Shown here: one piece after another, positions 48,836-64,000 of the stretch
Numbering within the stretch: position 1 is the first letter of the stretch
How the letters are laid out: each line of letters starts with the position of its first letter
DNA from: Macrostomum lignano
Taxonomy: Eukaryota
Assembly (NCBI GenBank): GCA_002269645.1
Contig: NIVC01000364.1
Span: 496,001 to 560,000, forward strand
DNA: 64,000 bases
Direction of reading: 5' to 3'
Made by a program: the position numbers and the translations under genes
Notes under the pieces: generated by a model
Told to the model about the DNA's origin: nothing
The model's input: only the letters and a program-made list of their open reading frames with translations
Databases searched by the model: none

Positions 48836-50189
48836 ATTTATCAAATATTTACTTCAATATTTACTCTCAGATGTGTATATTTATCAAAAATGATTTTTTC
48901 CATTAAAAAACTCTCAGTGAACTTTCGCGTCACTTTTTCTGACTTTACAATTGCGACAATAAATTTGTTTTTCTTTTTCGCCCTATTTTTAGCGGAAATT
49001 CATGAGCTTTAGGGATTTGTAAAGTTTTAACGGTAAGCTGACACAGAGGCGCTTATTGGTAATTCAAATTATTTAACTCCGTTTATCATTAAATCATTAA
49101 ATTCTGCTTTACGCTGGTGCTGGCTGCTTACAAGTAATACCTTTTTATAAATCATCCGGCGTAATTGCTTTCTAAATTTTACCTTATGGAAAACTTATGG
49201 AAATCATTATTAGCCTTGCCAGTCTATTTTGATTTTTTAGATAAATTTAGGTAAATCAATTTTGAGCTTAATAAATTTCTTAAAGCATAGTGAAAGCACT
49301 AAGGGTCGGTCAGTAATGCATTATAGAATATCGCTTCAAACAATGTAATCTGCTATGTTTATTAGCGAAAAAATGGTTATAATTCATTAAGTAGCTATTA
49401 TTACCAATCATTAATCAAGTTTATTTGTAATTGCTGATTCATTATCCATAATATCCACTATTCGATATACTTTTTAAAATAATTAAAAACTCGTGCCGAT
49501 CAGTCTACTGCTAGTAGGCAGCTATCGAATTTTATAAGTAAAAATCGACTATGTTTCTTGGTAATAGTTTTCTATTTAGCCATTTTTTCGACCTTCGTCA
49601 ATATTTTATCAAGAGAAAATTGTATTTTCTGGTTGCTGATATTTTGCCTTTTCTTTGTCTGTTTTTCACGGATCTCATTTGAGAGGCCTGTATGTAAAGA
49701 AGCTTACACCCCGAAACCTATGCTGAATATCTATGTACCAGATAGGGACCTGATTTAAATAAACAGTTTATAATTCTTTTTAACTGTCCTATTTTTCATA
49801 TATTTTACCCTGTTGTAGGTTGCCAATAAGAATATTCTATTTGTCTGCCTAACACACATCCATGGTGCAACCTTGTAACCTTTATTATATGTATGATATT
49901 CCTTCTATTTTATATCACTAAATGCTGCTTAAACTGAAGAATTAACTGTTAGTGTTGCTATACATTATTTTATGTATTGTATAAATTTTTAAGGTTCCTG
50001 TTTTTTTATCGATAATTATAATTGCAAGTCACTTTTAATAAGCATATACACATATATATATATTGATGCCTTAGACAGTCATGCTGTCCTCATTTTGAGA
50101 ACCTTTATTAATTGTTAAATAATTGCTTTTAATGGTGTTCTGGTAATAACTTAATTCTACTTAGGAATATAGGTGCCAATTTTCTGGGT

Positions 50190-51015
50190 AACGGGATTCT
50201 CTGGGACAGGATCTCAGGTTTTGGGGAATTCTCTGTGTGTAGGGGGAATTCTCTCGGATCTGAGACAGAATCTCAGGTGATTGGAAATTCCCTCGGACAG
50301 AATCTCAGGTGATTGGAAATTCCCTCGGACAGAATCTCAGGTGATTGGAAATTCCCTCGGACAGAATCACAGGTGATTGGAAATTCCCTCGGACAGAATC
50401 TCAGGTGATTGGAAATTCCCTCAGACAGAATCTCAGGTGATTGGAAATTCCCTCGGACAGAATCTCAGGTGATTGGAAATTCCATCGGACAGAATCTCAG
50501 GTGATTGGAAATTCCATCGGACAGAATCTCAGGTGATTGGAAATTCCCTCGGACAGAATCTCAGGTGATTGGAAATTCCCTCGGACAGAATCTCAGGTGA
50601 TTGGAAATTCCCTCAGACAGAATCTCAGGTGATTGGAAATTCCATCGGACAGAATCTCAGGTGATTGGAAATTCCATCGGACAGAATCTCAGGTGATTGG
50701 AAATTCCCTCGGACAGAATCTCAGGTGATTGGAAATTCCCTGGGACAGAATCTCAGGTGATGGGAAATTCCCTCAGACAGAATCTCAGGTGATTGGAAAT
50801 TCCATCGGACAGAATCTCAGGTGATTGGAAATTCCATCGGACAGAATCTCAGGGTGTTGGGAAATTCTCTGGGACAGAATCTGAGGATGTTGGGGAATTC
50901 TCTGGGACAGAATCTGAGGGTGTTGGGGAATTCTCTGGGACAGAATCTGAGGATGTTGGGGAATTCTCTGGGACAGAATCTGAGGGTGTTGGGGAATTCT
51001 CTGGGACAGAATCTC
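50190..51015. repeat. 32-bp minisatellite (GGACAGAATCTCAGGTGATTGGAAATTCCCTC)
   Basis: About 25 units. Confidence 0.95.
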
Positions 51016-51611
51016 AATAATGAGCCGTTTAAGAAGGCCAGTTTTTGAACGGGTTTTCTCAGTCCCAAATGTTTGGCCTGTAATTTCGCTATGTATGACC
51101 AACTGAATCGGTGCATGCAAAACTGCTTGTGGGGCTGTACCTGTCGCCCCCCCGCAGAATTAGCAGTTAATTATCTATTCATCGGGCATTCCTTTTGATA
51201 AAATTAGAACAGGTCGTATAGGATAAAATTTATCGTGAGTTTATGGCGCCTGTCACGCAATTGGAGATGGTCCATTGGATTTGTACAAGTGTATAACAGG
51301 TGGCTGTGGCCCGACGTGCGCCAGCAATTATCTAGCTAATGTCAGCGGGAGACTTCAGTCAGTGGGCGCTTTGGAACATTTCAATTATAAATGAGCAAGA
51401 TTGTTGAAGTGAGCCAGATTTTCCTTATGGCAACTAGTTTAGATCTCAACTAGAGCAGCTGTTACTCTGCATGTCGATCAATTTCCTCTATTAATAACCT
51501 GAGTAGATATTTATTGATTTCGCTTAAATTCAAAACGGATTTTTCTGTAGATTAGTTCAACTTATTGGAATTTTATTGTATCAAAGTTTTATTACTTCAA
51601 AGTTAACAAAA

Positions 51612-52672
51612 CCTACCGGAGAATTGACAAGCCTGAGATCTCACCCGCTAGAGAATTGACAAGCGTGAGGTCTCACCCGCTAGAGAATTGACAAGCGTGA
51701 GGTCTCACCCGCTAGAGAATTGACAAGCGTGAGGTCTCACCCGCTAGAGAATTGACAAGCGTGAGATCTCACCCGCTAGAGAATTGACAAGCGTGAGGTC
51801 TCACCCGCTAGAGAATTGACAAGCGTGAGATCTCACCAGCTAGAGAATTGACAAGCGTGGGGCCTCACTGCAGCTAGAGAATTGACAAGCGTGAGATCTC
51901 ACCAGCTAGAGAATTGACAAGCGTGAGATCTCACCAGCTAGAGAATTGACAAGCGTGAGGTCTCACCAGCTAGAGAATTGACAAGCGTGAGGTCTCACCC
52001 GCTAAAGAATTGATAAGCGTGAGATCTCACCAGCTAGAGAATTGACAAGCGTGAGGTCTCACCCGCTAGAGAATTGACAAGCGTGAGATCTCACCCGCTA
52101 GAGAATTGACAAGCGTGAGATCTCACCCGCTAGAGAATTGACAAGCGTGGGGTCTCACTGCAGCTAGAGAATTGACAAGCGTGAGATCTCACCCACTAGA
52201 AAATTGACAAGCGTGAGATCTCACCCCCTAGAGAATTGACAAGCGTGGGGCCTCACTGCAGCTAGAGAATTGACAAGCGTGAGGTCTCACTGCAGCTAGA
52301 GAATTGACAAGCGTGAGATCTCACCCGCTAGAGAATTGACAAGCGTGAGATCTCACCAGCTAGAGAATTGACAAGCGTGAGGTCTCACCCGCTAGAGAAT
52401 TGACAAGCGTGAGGTCTCACCCGCTAGAGAATTGACAAGCGTGAGATCTCACCAGCTAGAGAATTGACAAGCGTGAGATCTCACCAGCTAGAGAATTGAC
52501 AAGCGTGAGATCTCACCCGCTAGAGAATTGACAAGCGTGAGGTCTCACCAGCTAGAGAATTGACAAGCGTGAGATCTCACCCGCTAGAGAATTGACAAGC
52601 GTGAGGTCTCACCAGCTAGAGAATTGACAAGCGTGAGATCTCACCAGCTAGAGAATTGACAAGCGTGAGATC
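51612..52672. repeat. 32-bp minisatellite (AGAGAATTGACAAGCGTGAGATCTCACCCGCT) with the internal palindrome GTGAGATCTCAC
   Basis: About 33 units, ending ~230 bp before the Hmx ATG. Confidence 0.95.
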
Positions 52673-52900
52673 TGGCTTGCACAATGGGCAATGAGCATTA
52701 AATGGATACATTCTGATGAAGCTGAATTTCCCATGCTTCTCATCCAGGCCTTTTCTTGCTCACCAGCCAATCAGCTGGCTCAATCATTGACTTGCGACAA
52801 AATCCAACTCCTCATTATCATGAAGCGGACGACTATTAATTGAACTTCAAAGCTCTGTTAGCTTGCACAGGTTTGCACAGGTTTAAAAATAATAAACGTA

Positions 52901-55992
<3,092 letters not shown>

Positions 55993-56099
55993 ATCTTCGT
56001 GGGCCTCTGGCGGCTGGCTCCTGGTCCGGAATAACTACAGCAACTATGCATATAGCAGCAAGGTCTTCCCCCCAGGCGCTCCTGGTTAGGCTGACCCTT

Positions 56100-56458
56100 A
56101 GACATCGATTGAAGCACACCTGTACCAACATTCGTGTCCCATAAGGCATCGATTGAAGCACACCTGTACCAATATTCGTGTCCCATAAGACATCGATTGA
56201 AGCACACCTGTACCAATATTCGTGTCCCATAAGACATCGATTGAAGCACACCTGTACCAATATTCGTGTCCCATAAGGCATCGATTGAAGCACACCTGTA
56301 CCAATATTCGTGTCCTATAAGGCATCGATTGAAGCACACCTGTACCAATATTCGTGTCCCATAAGGCATCGATTGAAGCACACCTGTACCAATATTCGTG
56401 TCCCATAAGGCATCGATTGAAGCACACCTGTACCAATATTCGTGTCCCATAAGGCATC
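56100..56458. repeat. 44-bp minisatellite just 3' of Hmx
   Basis: CATCGATTGAAGCACACCTGTACCAATATTCGTGTCCCATAAGG, ~8 units. Confidence 0.95.
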
Positions 56459-57527
56459 CATTTTGAGTTCATACCAATTAAACATCTATTTTCATCAATA
56501 TGCATCACAGGTGGTACATCTATCATTTAGACACGCTTAGTCGATGTTTAGCTATTTAGAGACCTGCATGGACTTCTTTAGCTACCAATTAATTTGACGC
56601 AAATTTTTTTAGAAATTAGAATTTTCAGTGGCTTATATTAGCAGTTGGGCTACTCATTGACTAATATCCTGCGAATTTTTTTAGCTTATAACACTGTCTG
56701 TTTGAAACTTATTGTTTTTGTTTATCTGTTTAAACTCTAACTAATCAAAACAGTTGGAATAACTGTTAGACAAAACCTGCAAATTGCAACATACAATAAT
56801 TGATCATCTATCTGCTTTCTGCATGCTAATTTTCCCATAAATAGCAGATTAAATACATGCGATATCATACTACAGAATATTAGTGAATACTCGAGCTATG
56901 CTCTATTGTAAAGCTTCTTTACTAAGTATTTACTTAATAATTGCAGCCATGAGCTACAGGGCAAGCTTATGCTCGGTTAAATATTATAAATAATAATGAC
57001 TCACCCAAACCAGTTATATTCCCAATCCTTAGTCGTTTATGGATCCTCAAATTCTTCATCCCCCTTACCTTAACGCCACTAGGCACTAATCGCTTTCGCT
57101 CTGCTCACAGGTGTTACATAGCATTTGATGAGGATTTAAGTGAGAAGAGAATCGAGTCATTAAGGAGTTTTTGGCACCGGGCCTAAGCAGGGGGGGGGGG
57201 TTGCTCAGCCATGGCTTGGTAGCAATAGGATCTCAAGCAACTGCTCAGCACGGAGACGGGACAAATGGGTATCTAGAGTTTCGCCATTGACTTTATCCAA
57301 CCTCACCCTGAGCAGGTGGCAGCTTCCCCGTTCCCAGCAAGGTGGGTGCTAATTGCTATTTATTTATATTCGAGCGCACAGTGTTTTCAGTGGAAGGTGG
57401 GATCAAAACAATAATTGCTTTTGCAAAATGCCTCAGGTAGGACTGGATGTGATTGGCAAAGCTGTGTGCGACGAGATGAATTGGGGATTTCAACTGGGAA
57501 GGGAACAATTTTGCGTGTGGGACGTCA

Positions 57528-57710
57528 TTGTACACGCCTGACGATTAGAAAGTCAGGGCCGCTGTACACTCCGTGTGTCACCTTGAGTATGAGTGCGTGC
57601 CTGAGTACAGTATTGGCGCTTGTGTGCTCAGGACTCAGCGGAATGGGCTGAGTTGCCGTTAAGGGCTGCTTGTGTGGCGATGTCGCCGTGGGCATTGCGC
57701 CAGGGTGCAC
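57528..57710. repeat. Dispersed SINE-like repeat, uninterrupted copy
   Basis: Matches 45450-45540 joined to 46129-46210. Confidence 0.65.
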
Positions 57711-59064
57711 GCAGCTTTGGACCCTTATAGTTACTCATTGAGAACTCATTCCGGCTTGGCGAGAAAGTCACTAAAATCGAAAATAATAGTACAAGAATAA
57801 TAATAACAGAATAGCTTTGACAGCATAACCAACAAAAATGATTAACTACAACACAATAAGTTCACAATAAGCAGAGTCGTATCTGGCCCACTAATGCCTA
57901 CTTATGGGCCAAACAACAATTTCTTAGTTACCATGGCAACAAGAAGAATAAAATGCACAGTCCTTGGCGAGCCTGACTCCTGCAAAAAAAGATGACTTTA
58001 AACATGGACTCTAACAAAAATTTCTATACAATGGGACTGGTCCACTATCGATTCCTAATCCGGAGCAATAAACGCGCGTGAATGAATCTGAGAGGCCACT
58101 AAATGGAAAAGCTATCAGATTGATCGACTTTGAATAGGCTGGGAGCTTTTCAGAGTCCCATTTGCGAGTTGCCGAATTAACAATTGAAGCTGGCCAACAT
58201 TGAATTGCTTCAAATAGCTGCATGCACCCCCTCCCCCCTGTTTTCTCATTCGAACTAGCTGCATCTCAATTTTCTTCTTCATCTCCTATAGGAAGCCAAT
58301 CGGCTTACAGCCTCTTGAAAATGTATATACATTTTATTTACGTTTGCTTGAACGCCCAGTGGCCCTGGAAATCCCCAATGGGAGTTGCAGCGGAGGCTGG
58401 GATAGTCGCTTGATCCATTCTTTAAGCGCCGCCGCTGTTGTTGGGTTTTGGGAAAAGGGGAGGGGATAATCGACGAAGATAGAGAGTAGGGTGGGGGGCC
58501 ACTTTAAATTGCATTTATTTCACGTTCAAAAGGGCCTCCCTGGGGAGCCGGGCGCGCCGGGCTCCAAAAGGGAGTCGGGGGCTGCGAGTAGCACAGAATT
58601 AGCAATTAACGTCTTGGGAGTCTATAAAGACGACTGGCTTATTTTTATCCCCGCTTACCCTGTCGGCAGCTCCTCTTTGGCTGAGCCCCTTTTTTCTAGT
58701 TTTGAATAATGCACGCGGGATTTAATAATGCCCGGGCGATTCAAAATTTTGCTCCGCCTTTCCCAGCCCCATCATATTGCTCGAGCTCAGGCATCGAGCT
58801 TTGCTCACTGATTCGGCTTGTGGCACCCAGGATGCGACTTGTATAATCTCTTAGAGTTAGGCGAAAAACATCTCTTATCAATGCCCTGGATTTAAGTATT
58901 CTGTTGAAAATCATTGGGCGGCCGTTGCTGAATCCTCACTTCTTCGTGATTATTTTATTTATTTCACCAAAAAAAACATTTAACATTGTCTTGGATCAAG
59001 CGTTGATCCGTTTGTTTTCGGCTTTATCAAGCCGTTCTGTCATGCAGACACAATGATGGCTTCA

Positions 59065-59556
59065 GACTGAAACGGGATTTTCCTGCGTTATTCTGGTCTT
59101 TAGAGTGTGCTTGGGTCATGCAGAGCACTGGCTTAGATCGAAATGGATTTTCCGGTGTTATTCTGTTCTCTAGCGTGTCCTTGAGTCATGCAGAGCACTG
59201 GACCACTGGCTTAGATCGAAACGGGATTTTCCGGTGTTATTCTGTTCTCTAGCGTGTCCTTGAGTGATGCAGAGCACTGGACCACTGGCTTAGATCGAAA
59301 CGGGATTTTCCGGTGTTATTCTGTTCTCTAGCGTGTCCTTGAGTGATGCAGAGCACTGGACCACTGGCTTAGATCGAAACGGGATTTTCCGGTGTTATTC
59401 TGTTCTCTAGCGTGTCCTTGAGTCATGCAGAGCACTGGACCACTGGCTTAGATCGAAACGGGATTTTCCGGTGTTATTCTGTTCTCTAGCGTGTCCTTGA
59501 GTGATGCAGAGCACTGGACCACTGGCTTAGATCGAAACGGGATTTTCCGGTGTTAT
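59065..59556. repeat. 79-bp minisatellite, ~6 units
   Basis: TTAGATCGAAACGGGATTTTCCGGTG... recurs at 59211 and 59290 (79-bp period). Confidence 0.93.
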
Positions 59557-59569
59557 TTTGCTCTATATA

Positions 59570-59810
59570 CTGTCGAGTAGAGAAGACAGAAGAGAAGAGG
59601 AAGAGGAGATAGGAGAGGAGAGGAGAAAGAGGAAAGAAGGGAGAGAATAGGAGAGAAAAGAGAGGAGGTTACAGAGAAGAGAGCTGAGAAGAGACACAAA
59701 CCTTCAGTGGGCCGAGTTGCTATTGTGAAGCTTCCAAAAGACCCGAATGCCGGATAGAGAGGCTTCGCGGGACGCATTTGGCCCGCGGACCTGATTTTGC
59801 CGACCCCTGC
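59570..59810 (-). mobile_element. Truncated hAT-like end (CAGGGGTCGGCAAA terminus) with a TC-rich tail
   Basis: GCCGACCCCTG ends at 59810. The internal sequence is homologous to ~40370-40590, and 79-mer sequence resumes on its right side. Confidence 0.6.
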
Positions 59811-61783
59811 GTATAGGAGTGTCCTTGAGTCATGCAGAACATTAGCTTAGATAGCCATTGAGTGTCTTCTATTGTTAGTCTGTGAATGATTGCGTCAACA
59901 ATCTCAACGGTGGCCTATCAGTTCAGTAGTCAGTATACTTCACACTGTTTTTTTTGACGTCAGTAAAATAGTAGTTCAGAATAATTCAACCTTACTGGAT
60001 CCACAAATTTTGACACCGGCGGTGCACCTTGCCAGCCCCGTTATCTTGCGAACCGGCTCTCCCGGGCTGGCTGATAAGGGAGCGTGGCTACACCTGTACA
60101 TTGCACCAGCTTGTACGCTTCACCTTGCAGGAGGATAAAACATTCGTGCTCTTGTTCTCTTGGCAAGCAAGGCCTCATATGAGTGCGTCAAGCATTTTAC
60201 AAGCTGCAGTGAATCTCTGAGACCGACTTAATGCGCTTGCGTAGTTAACCGCATTAACCGCATACATAAATGAGCATAGCCGGCGCTGTCAATCTCAGGG
60301 CGAAGTTTTTTAAGCCATTCTGCAGCCGTTGTAGGTAAGATCATCATCAATCAAGCATTGGGTTGACTTAGGTTTTCGAACAATTAGAAATCATAAAGAA
60401 CACGCTTGCTAGTAGCGGAAAAGTCCATCGTTTTTCTATACCTACTACTTTCAAGTATCCATTCAGGGGAGAACTCCGACTTTATAGGAAGTATTTACCC
60501 GACATTTTACTCGTAGCTACCTTAGGGATGAAGTATATAAAGACAAGCCTGATCGATTTTCAATTGCAAGTTCATCTGTTGCCTGTTATAAAAGAGCCAA
60601 AATTGTGAGACTATAGGGACGAAAGGGCGTCCTGTTACGCATTTGTTTGGCAGGTTGCCACGGTTATTTCTTGCAAAATGTTTTTTAAGGCTCTCGGCGT
60701 CGTAAGTAAAAGCATTGCGGTAAGAATGTAGTCGATTTATCATCTCGTCTATAGTATATTTCAGACCTAGAATGGAATCTTATTGTGAGCATTCTACGCT
60801 TCTATATGACCTTTCTGCTGCGCTGCATCTAGGGTGGCAATATGCCCGTGTAGGCCATGCGTATTTTTTAGCGCAGACCACTTGACATCAGACCTTAGGA
60901 ATCATGGTATCTTCTTTGATTTCTACTCTCTGAATTTAAAAGTTAGACCTTCTCTGCTCCGGCGCAGACAGTTGGCCACATTCGAGACATCCAGCCTGCT
61001 TTTTTGTTCTCTTATTTACCATCGCTCCGCTAAACGTCAATGAGGGTAAATGACATTCAATTGTCTCTCTCGCCTTGCACTGGAGACCATTTGGGACTGA
61101 GACTCCATTTTTTGGCTGAAGTATTAGTCTATCTAGAATCTTGTTACACAAATAATATGTGGGAGATGCTCTACGTACACCTGCAACCATTGGTCGGAAG
61201 CTTATACAATTGAGCTGGGTGTTTAGATACTTTTGCAACAGTTTCTCAAACTTCCAGTTTTTATAATAAAAAAACTTCCCTAACTTACTACAGCAAGACA
61301 TGCAGGGGCGTACCCAGACAGGGTGCTCCCAGCGGTCGCTCCCCTTCGGTGGAGATCTGAAAAAATGAGAGGGGGACCAAGCGCATCTTCGCCCAAATAC
61401 AGAGCCACCCCCTCCGCCCCCAAATCTATGGTTGCGCCACTGCGCAAGATGCTATGTACTATAGGTTAGTCGAAAAAAGTTCATTTGAGTTCGAAGCTCG
61501 AACGAGCTCAATCTGTCCTATAATTTTGTTCCACTCAGACAGATATCGCATCGGAGTATAGTTCAACATCTGCCTAGTCAGACAGAAGTCCACAACTTTC
61601 CCATAGACAAATTCAGCAGCTACAGAACCTTTGGCACTGACATCCACAAGTACTTTAAGAGTAAAGTGAATTCGTTAGACTTGACGAATAGCTAAGTGGA
61701 CTTTAAATTATAATTTGTCCGCTTCAAAATCTTAACATTGTCATTTCAGGAGTTTCCTTCTGTCAGACACGCAAAACCGTCAA

Positions 61784-63876
61784 ATGTCTTCAACTGAAGC
61801 TTCAAACAACAGCGGCGTCAATGGGACGGAAGCGGCCTCCAGTCGCAGCTTGCTAAGGCGTATCGTGGACTTTCTTGATGAAGCAGACTGGAGCTTCAAG
61901 AAGGATAAAGACAGGTGAGTTTCAGAACTTTTTGCAGCGTTGTACACCTGCTAGTTACTTCGCAGCGGTACGAGTTTGACCAACAACCGATCCACTTGCC
62001 TTTCAGACCAATTGTAAAATTTATATCGCCGGACAGCCTGATGTCCGAGTACGCCGAGATGCTGGGCCTCCCGGACAAGCCCGTGCCAGAGGACGTCCTG
62101 CTTGACAATCTGAAGACAGTCTACGACCTTAGCGTCACGTCCAACCATCCGCGCTTCTATAACCAGCTTTTCGGTCGCGTTCACGAAGAGTCCGTTGTTG
62201 GATCTTTGCTAACTGACGCCATCAATGCGAGCATGTAAGCGGACTTGTTTACCTTCTTAAACTCTTTTTAGCTTATTATAACATTAACGGTAGCTAGTTT
62301 AGGCTAGTCTAGACCCTGTGGGTCCACGAGTAGGTCAAAGGGACTTTCTCAAACGAAGCTTTTCGGTGATGTCATCCAACTTATTCCACATGCTGCTTTG
62401 AATACCGAAGCAAGTAAAATAAATAGAAGCTAGACTATTAATCCCACGGGTGCCTGTAGATGTTAATCAAATCGTCCTGTTCACGTCCTATATATTTTCT
62501 TAGTCTAACTAACTACTAAAAAAACTACTAAACACAACAGCTACACTTACGAAGTTGCTCCAGTGTTCACTGTGATGGAGCGTCTAGCAATGCAGCAATT
62601 CTTGGAATTATTTGGCTTCCAAAATGGCGAAGGAGTCTGCACTCCGGGCGGTTCAATTGGTAACATGTACGCCATCAGTCTGGCTAAGTCGGCTGTATTC
62701 CCCGACGCCAGACGGCTCGGTCTCGCTGCTATGCCGCCGGCGAAGATCTACGTGTCAATGGAGGTGTGTTCGCGCTCGAAGTTAGTTCTGTTTGAAAGGC
62801 TCTGCGTATCTATCAAAGATGCAATTCAATAATAATACAATTTTCAGAGTCACTACTCGATGGTGAAAGGCGCCAGCTTCATGGGATTCGGAGAGAACGC
62901 GGTCGTCAAGGTTGCAACCGATGAACACGGACGAATGAAAGTTGACGCGTTGAGGGAGCACATCAAATCGGACATTGAGAATGTAAGGTTTTTTGATTTT
63001 GAATTTCTGTTTAGTTTGACTGTCAACACTTTTACGGTGGTTTTCATTTTTTCGATATAGGGTCAGAAGCCTCTAATGGTGGTGGCCACCGCGGGCACAA
63101 CTGTGCTAGGCGTCTACGACCCAATATCCGAGGTGGCCAACGTGTGTCAAGAGTTTAACGTCTGGTTGCACGTCGATGGCTGCCTAGGCGGCAGTGCCAT
63201 CCTGTCGGAGAGCCGCCGGCACCTGTTGGATGGTTGCCAACGCGCTGACTCGCTGACTTGGAATCCGCACAAAATGCTTGGCGTCAATCTGCAGTGCAGC
63301 CTGCTGCTCACCAGACACTCTGGCGCTCTGCAAAGAGCTCACGGCACTCAAGCGGCTTACCTGTTTCAGCAGGACAAATTCTATCCACCGCAGTTTGACA
63401 TTGGCGACAAGGTGATCCAGTGCGGTCGCAAAGTTGACGTGCTGAAACTCTGGGCCGTGTGGCGCGGCCTTGGCAAGTCCGGCCTGGGCGATCTGGTTGA
63501 CCGAAAGTTCACCCTGGCTAAGCAGCTAGCCAATCTGATTGCGCAACGACAAAAGACCGACGGCTCGTTTGAGCTGATTGCCGAGCCGGAGAGTACCAAC
63601 GTGCTGTTCTGGTACATCCCGCCGGCTTTGCGCGGCCAGCCCGCCGACTGGAGCAAGCGGGACGACTCTTGGTGGCGCCAAATGGACGCTGTGGCGCCTC
63701 TCCTAAAAAAGCGAATGACCTTGGACGGCTCAATGCTGATTGGCTATCAGAAATGCGCCGCCTCTAAAAATATCAACTGCTGGAGAATGGTCTGCTCGCA
63801 GGACACCAACTCTGAGCAGGACATGGAGCGCATTGTCGGCGAGTTTTGCCGCTTCGGCGAAGACATTAGCGTCTGA
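61784..63876 (+). CDS. CSAD: Group II PLP-dependent acidic amino-acid decarboxylase, CSAD/GADL1/aspartate-decarboxylase type (510 aa)
   Basis: Exons 61784-61914, 62007-62234, 62541-62763, 62848-62982, 63061-63876 (GT-AG, 1533 nt in total). Motifs HPRFYNQLF, YTYEVAPVF, PGGSIGNMY, HYS, ATAGTTVLG, HVDG, WNPHKM (PLP lysine), YLFQQDKFY and QCGRKVD. The family is secure; the exact orthologue is less so. Confidence 0.88.
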
Positions 63877-64000
63877 GAAGTCTAGGAAGTCTAAGTTGAC
63901 CACCACAAACCACACTGTGTGACACTTCAAAATTTTCAGTTCGATAAAAAATTGTTTGAAACAAAAATTAACGTTTTTTATTTTTCTTCTCATTTTGGAG

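Noticed and set aside
59890-61301. Short ORFs between the 79-bp array and CSAD
   Set aside because: No recognisable domain, splice structure or coding bias.
61303-61442. CAGGGGCG...CGCCACTG hAT-like MITE
   Set aside because: The TIR is imperfect and the 8-bp flanks do not match, so it is not supported well enough to list.

Overview
Eukaryotic (animal) genomic DNA: GC-rich spliced genes set in AT-rich spacer that is packed with minisatellites and non-autonomous transposons. The style suggests a free-living flatworm such as Macrostomum, but this is inference only. Eight host genes can be reconstructed by hand: an unknown secreted/ectodomain protein running off the left edge (- strand, absent from the ORF track), a 3-exon TNF-family ligand, MCEE, PPP6C, a single-exon Cys-rich type I membrane protein with three PY motifs (-), a 5-exon ACSS3 (one 1-nt frameshift and one GC-AG intron), Hmx/Nkx5, and a 5-exon CSAD/GADL1-type decarboxylase. 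Mobile DNA: a decayed Gypsy element, a truncated Crypton-type tyrosine recombinase split by a MITE that has a second copy in the window, a defective THAP-bearing P-like element, several hAT-type and CCATAG-ended MITEs with TSDs, and two foldback elements with 9-bp TSDs. About 20 minisatellite arrays account for most long ORFs in the track, which are artefacts. The most unusual structures are the mirror-image minisatellite arrays flanking ACSS3 exon 4, the transposon-borne minisatellites, and a possible MCEE-PPP6C polycistron. Exon boundaries were derived by eye, and repeat boundaries are approximate.
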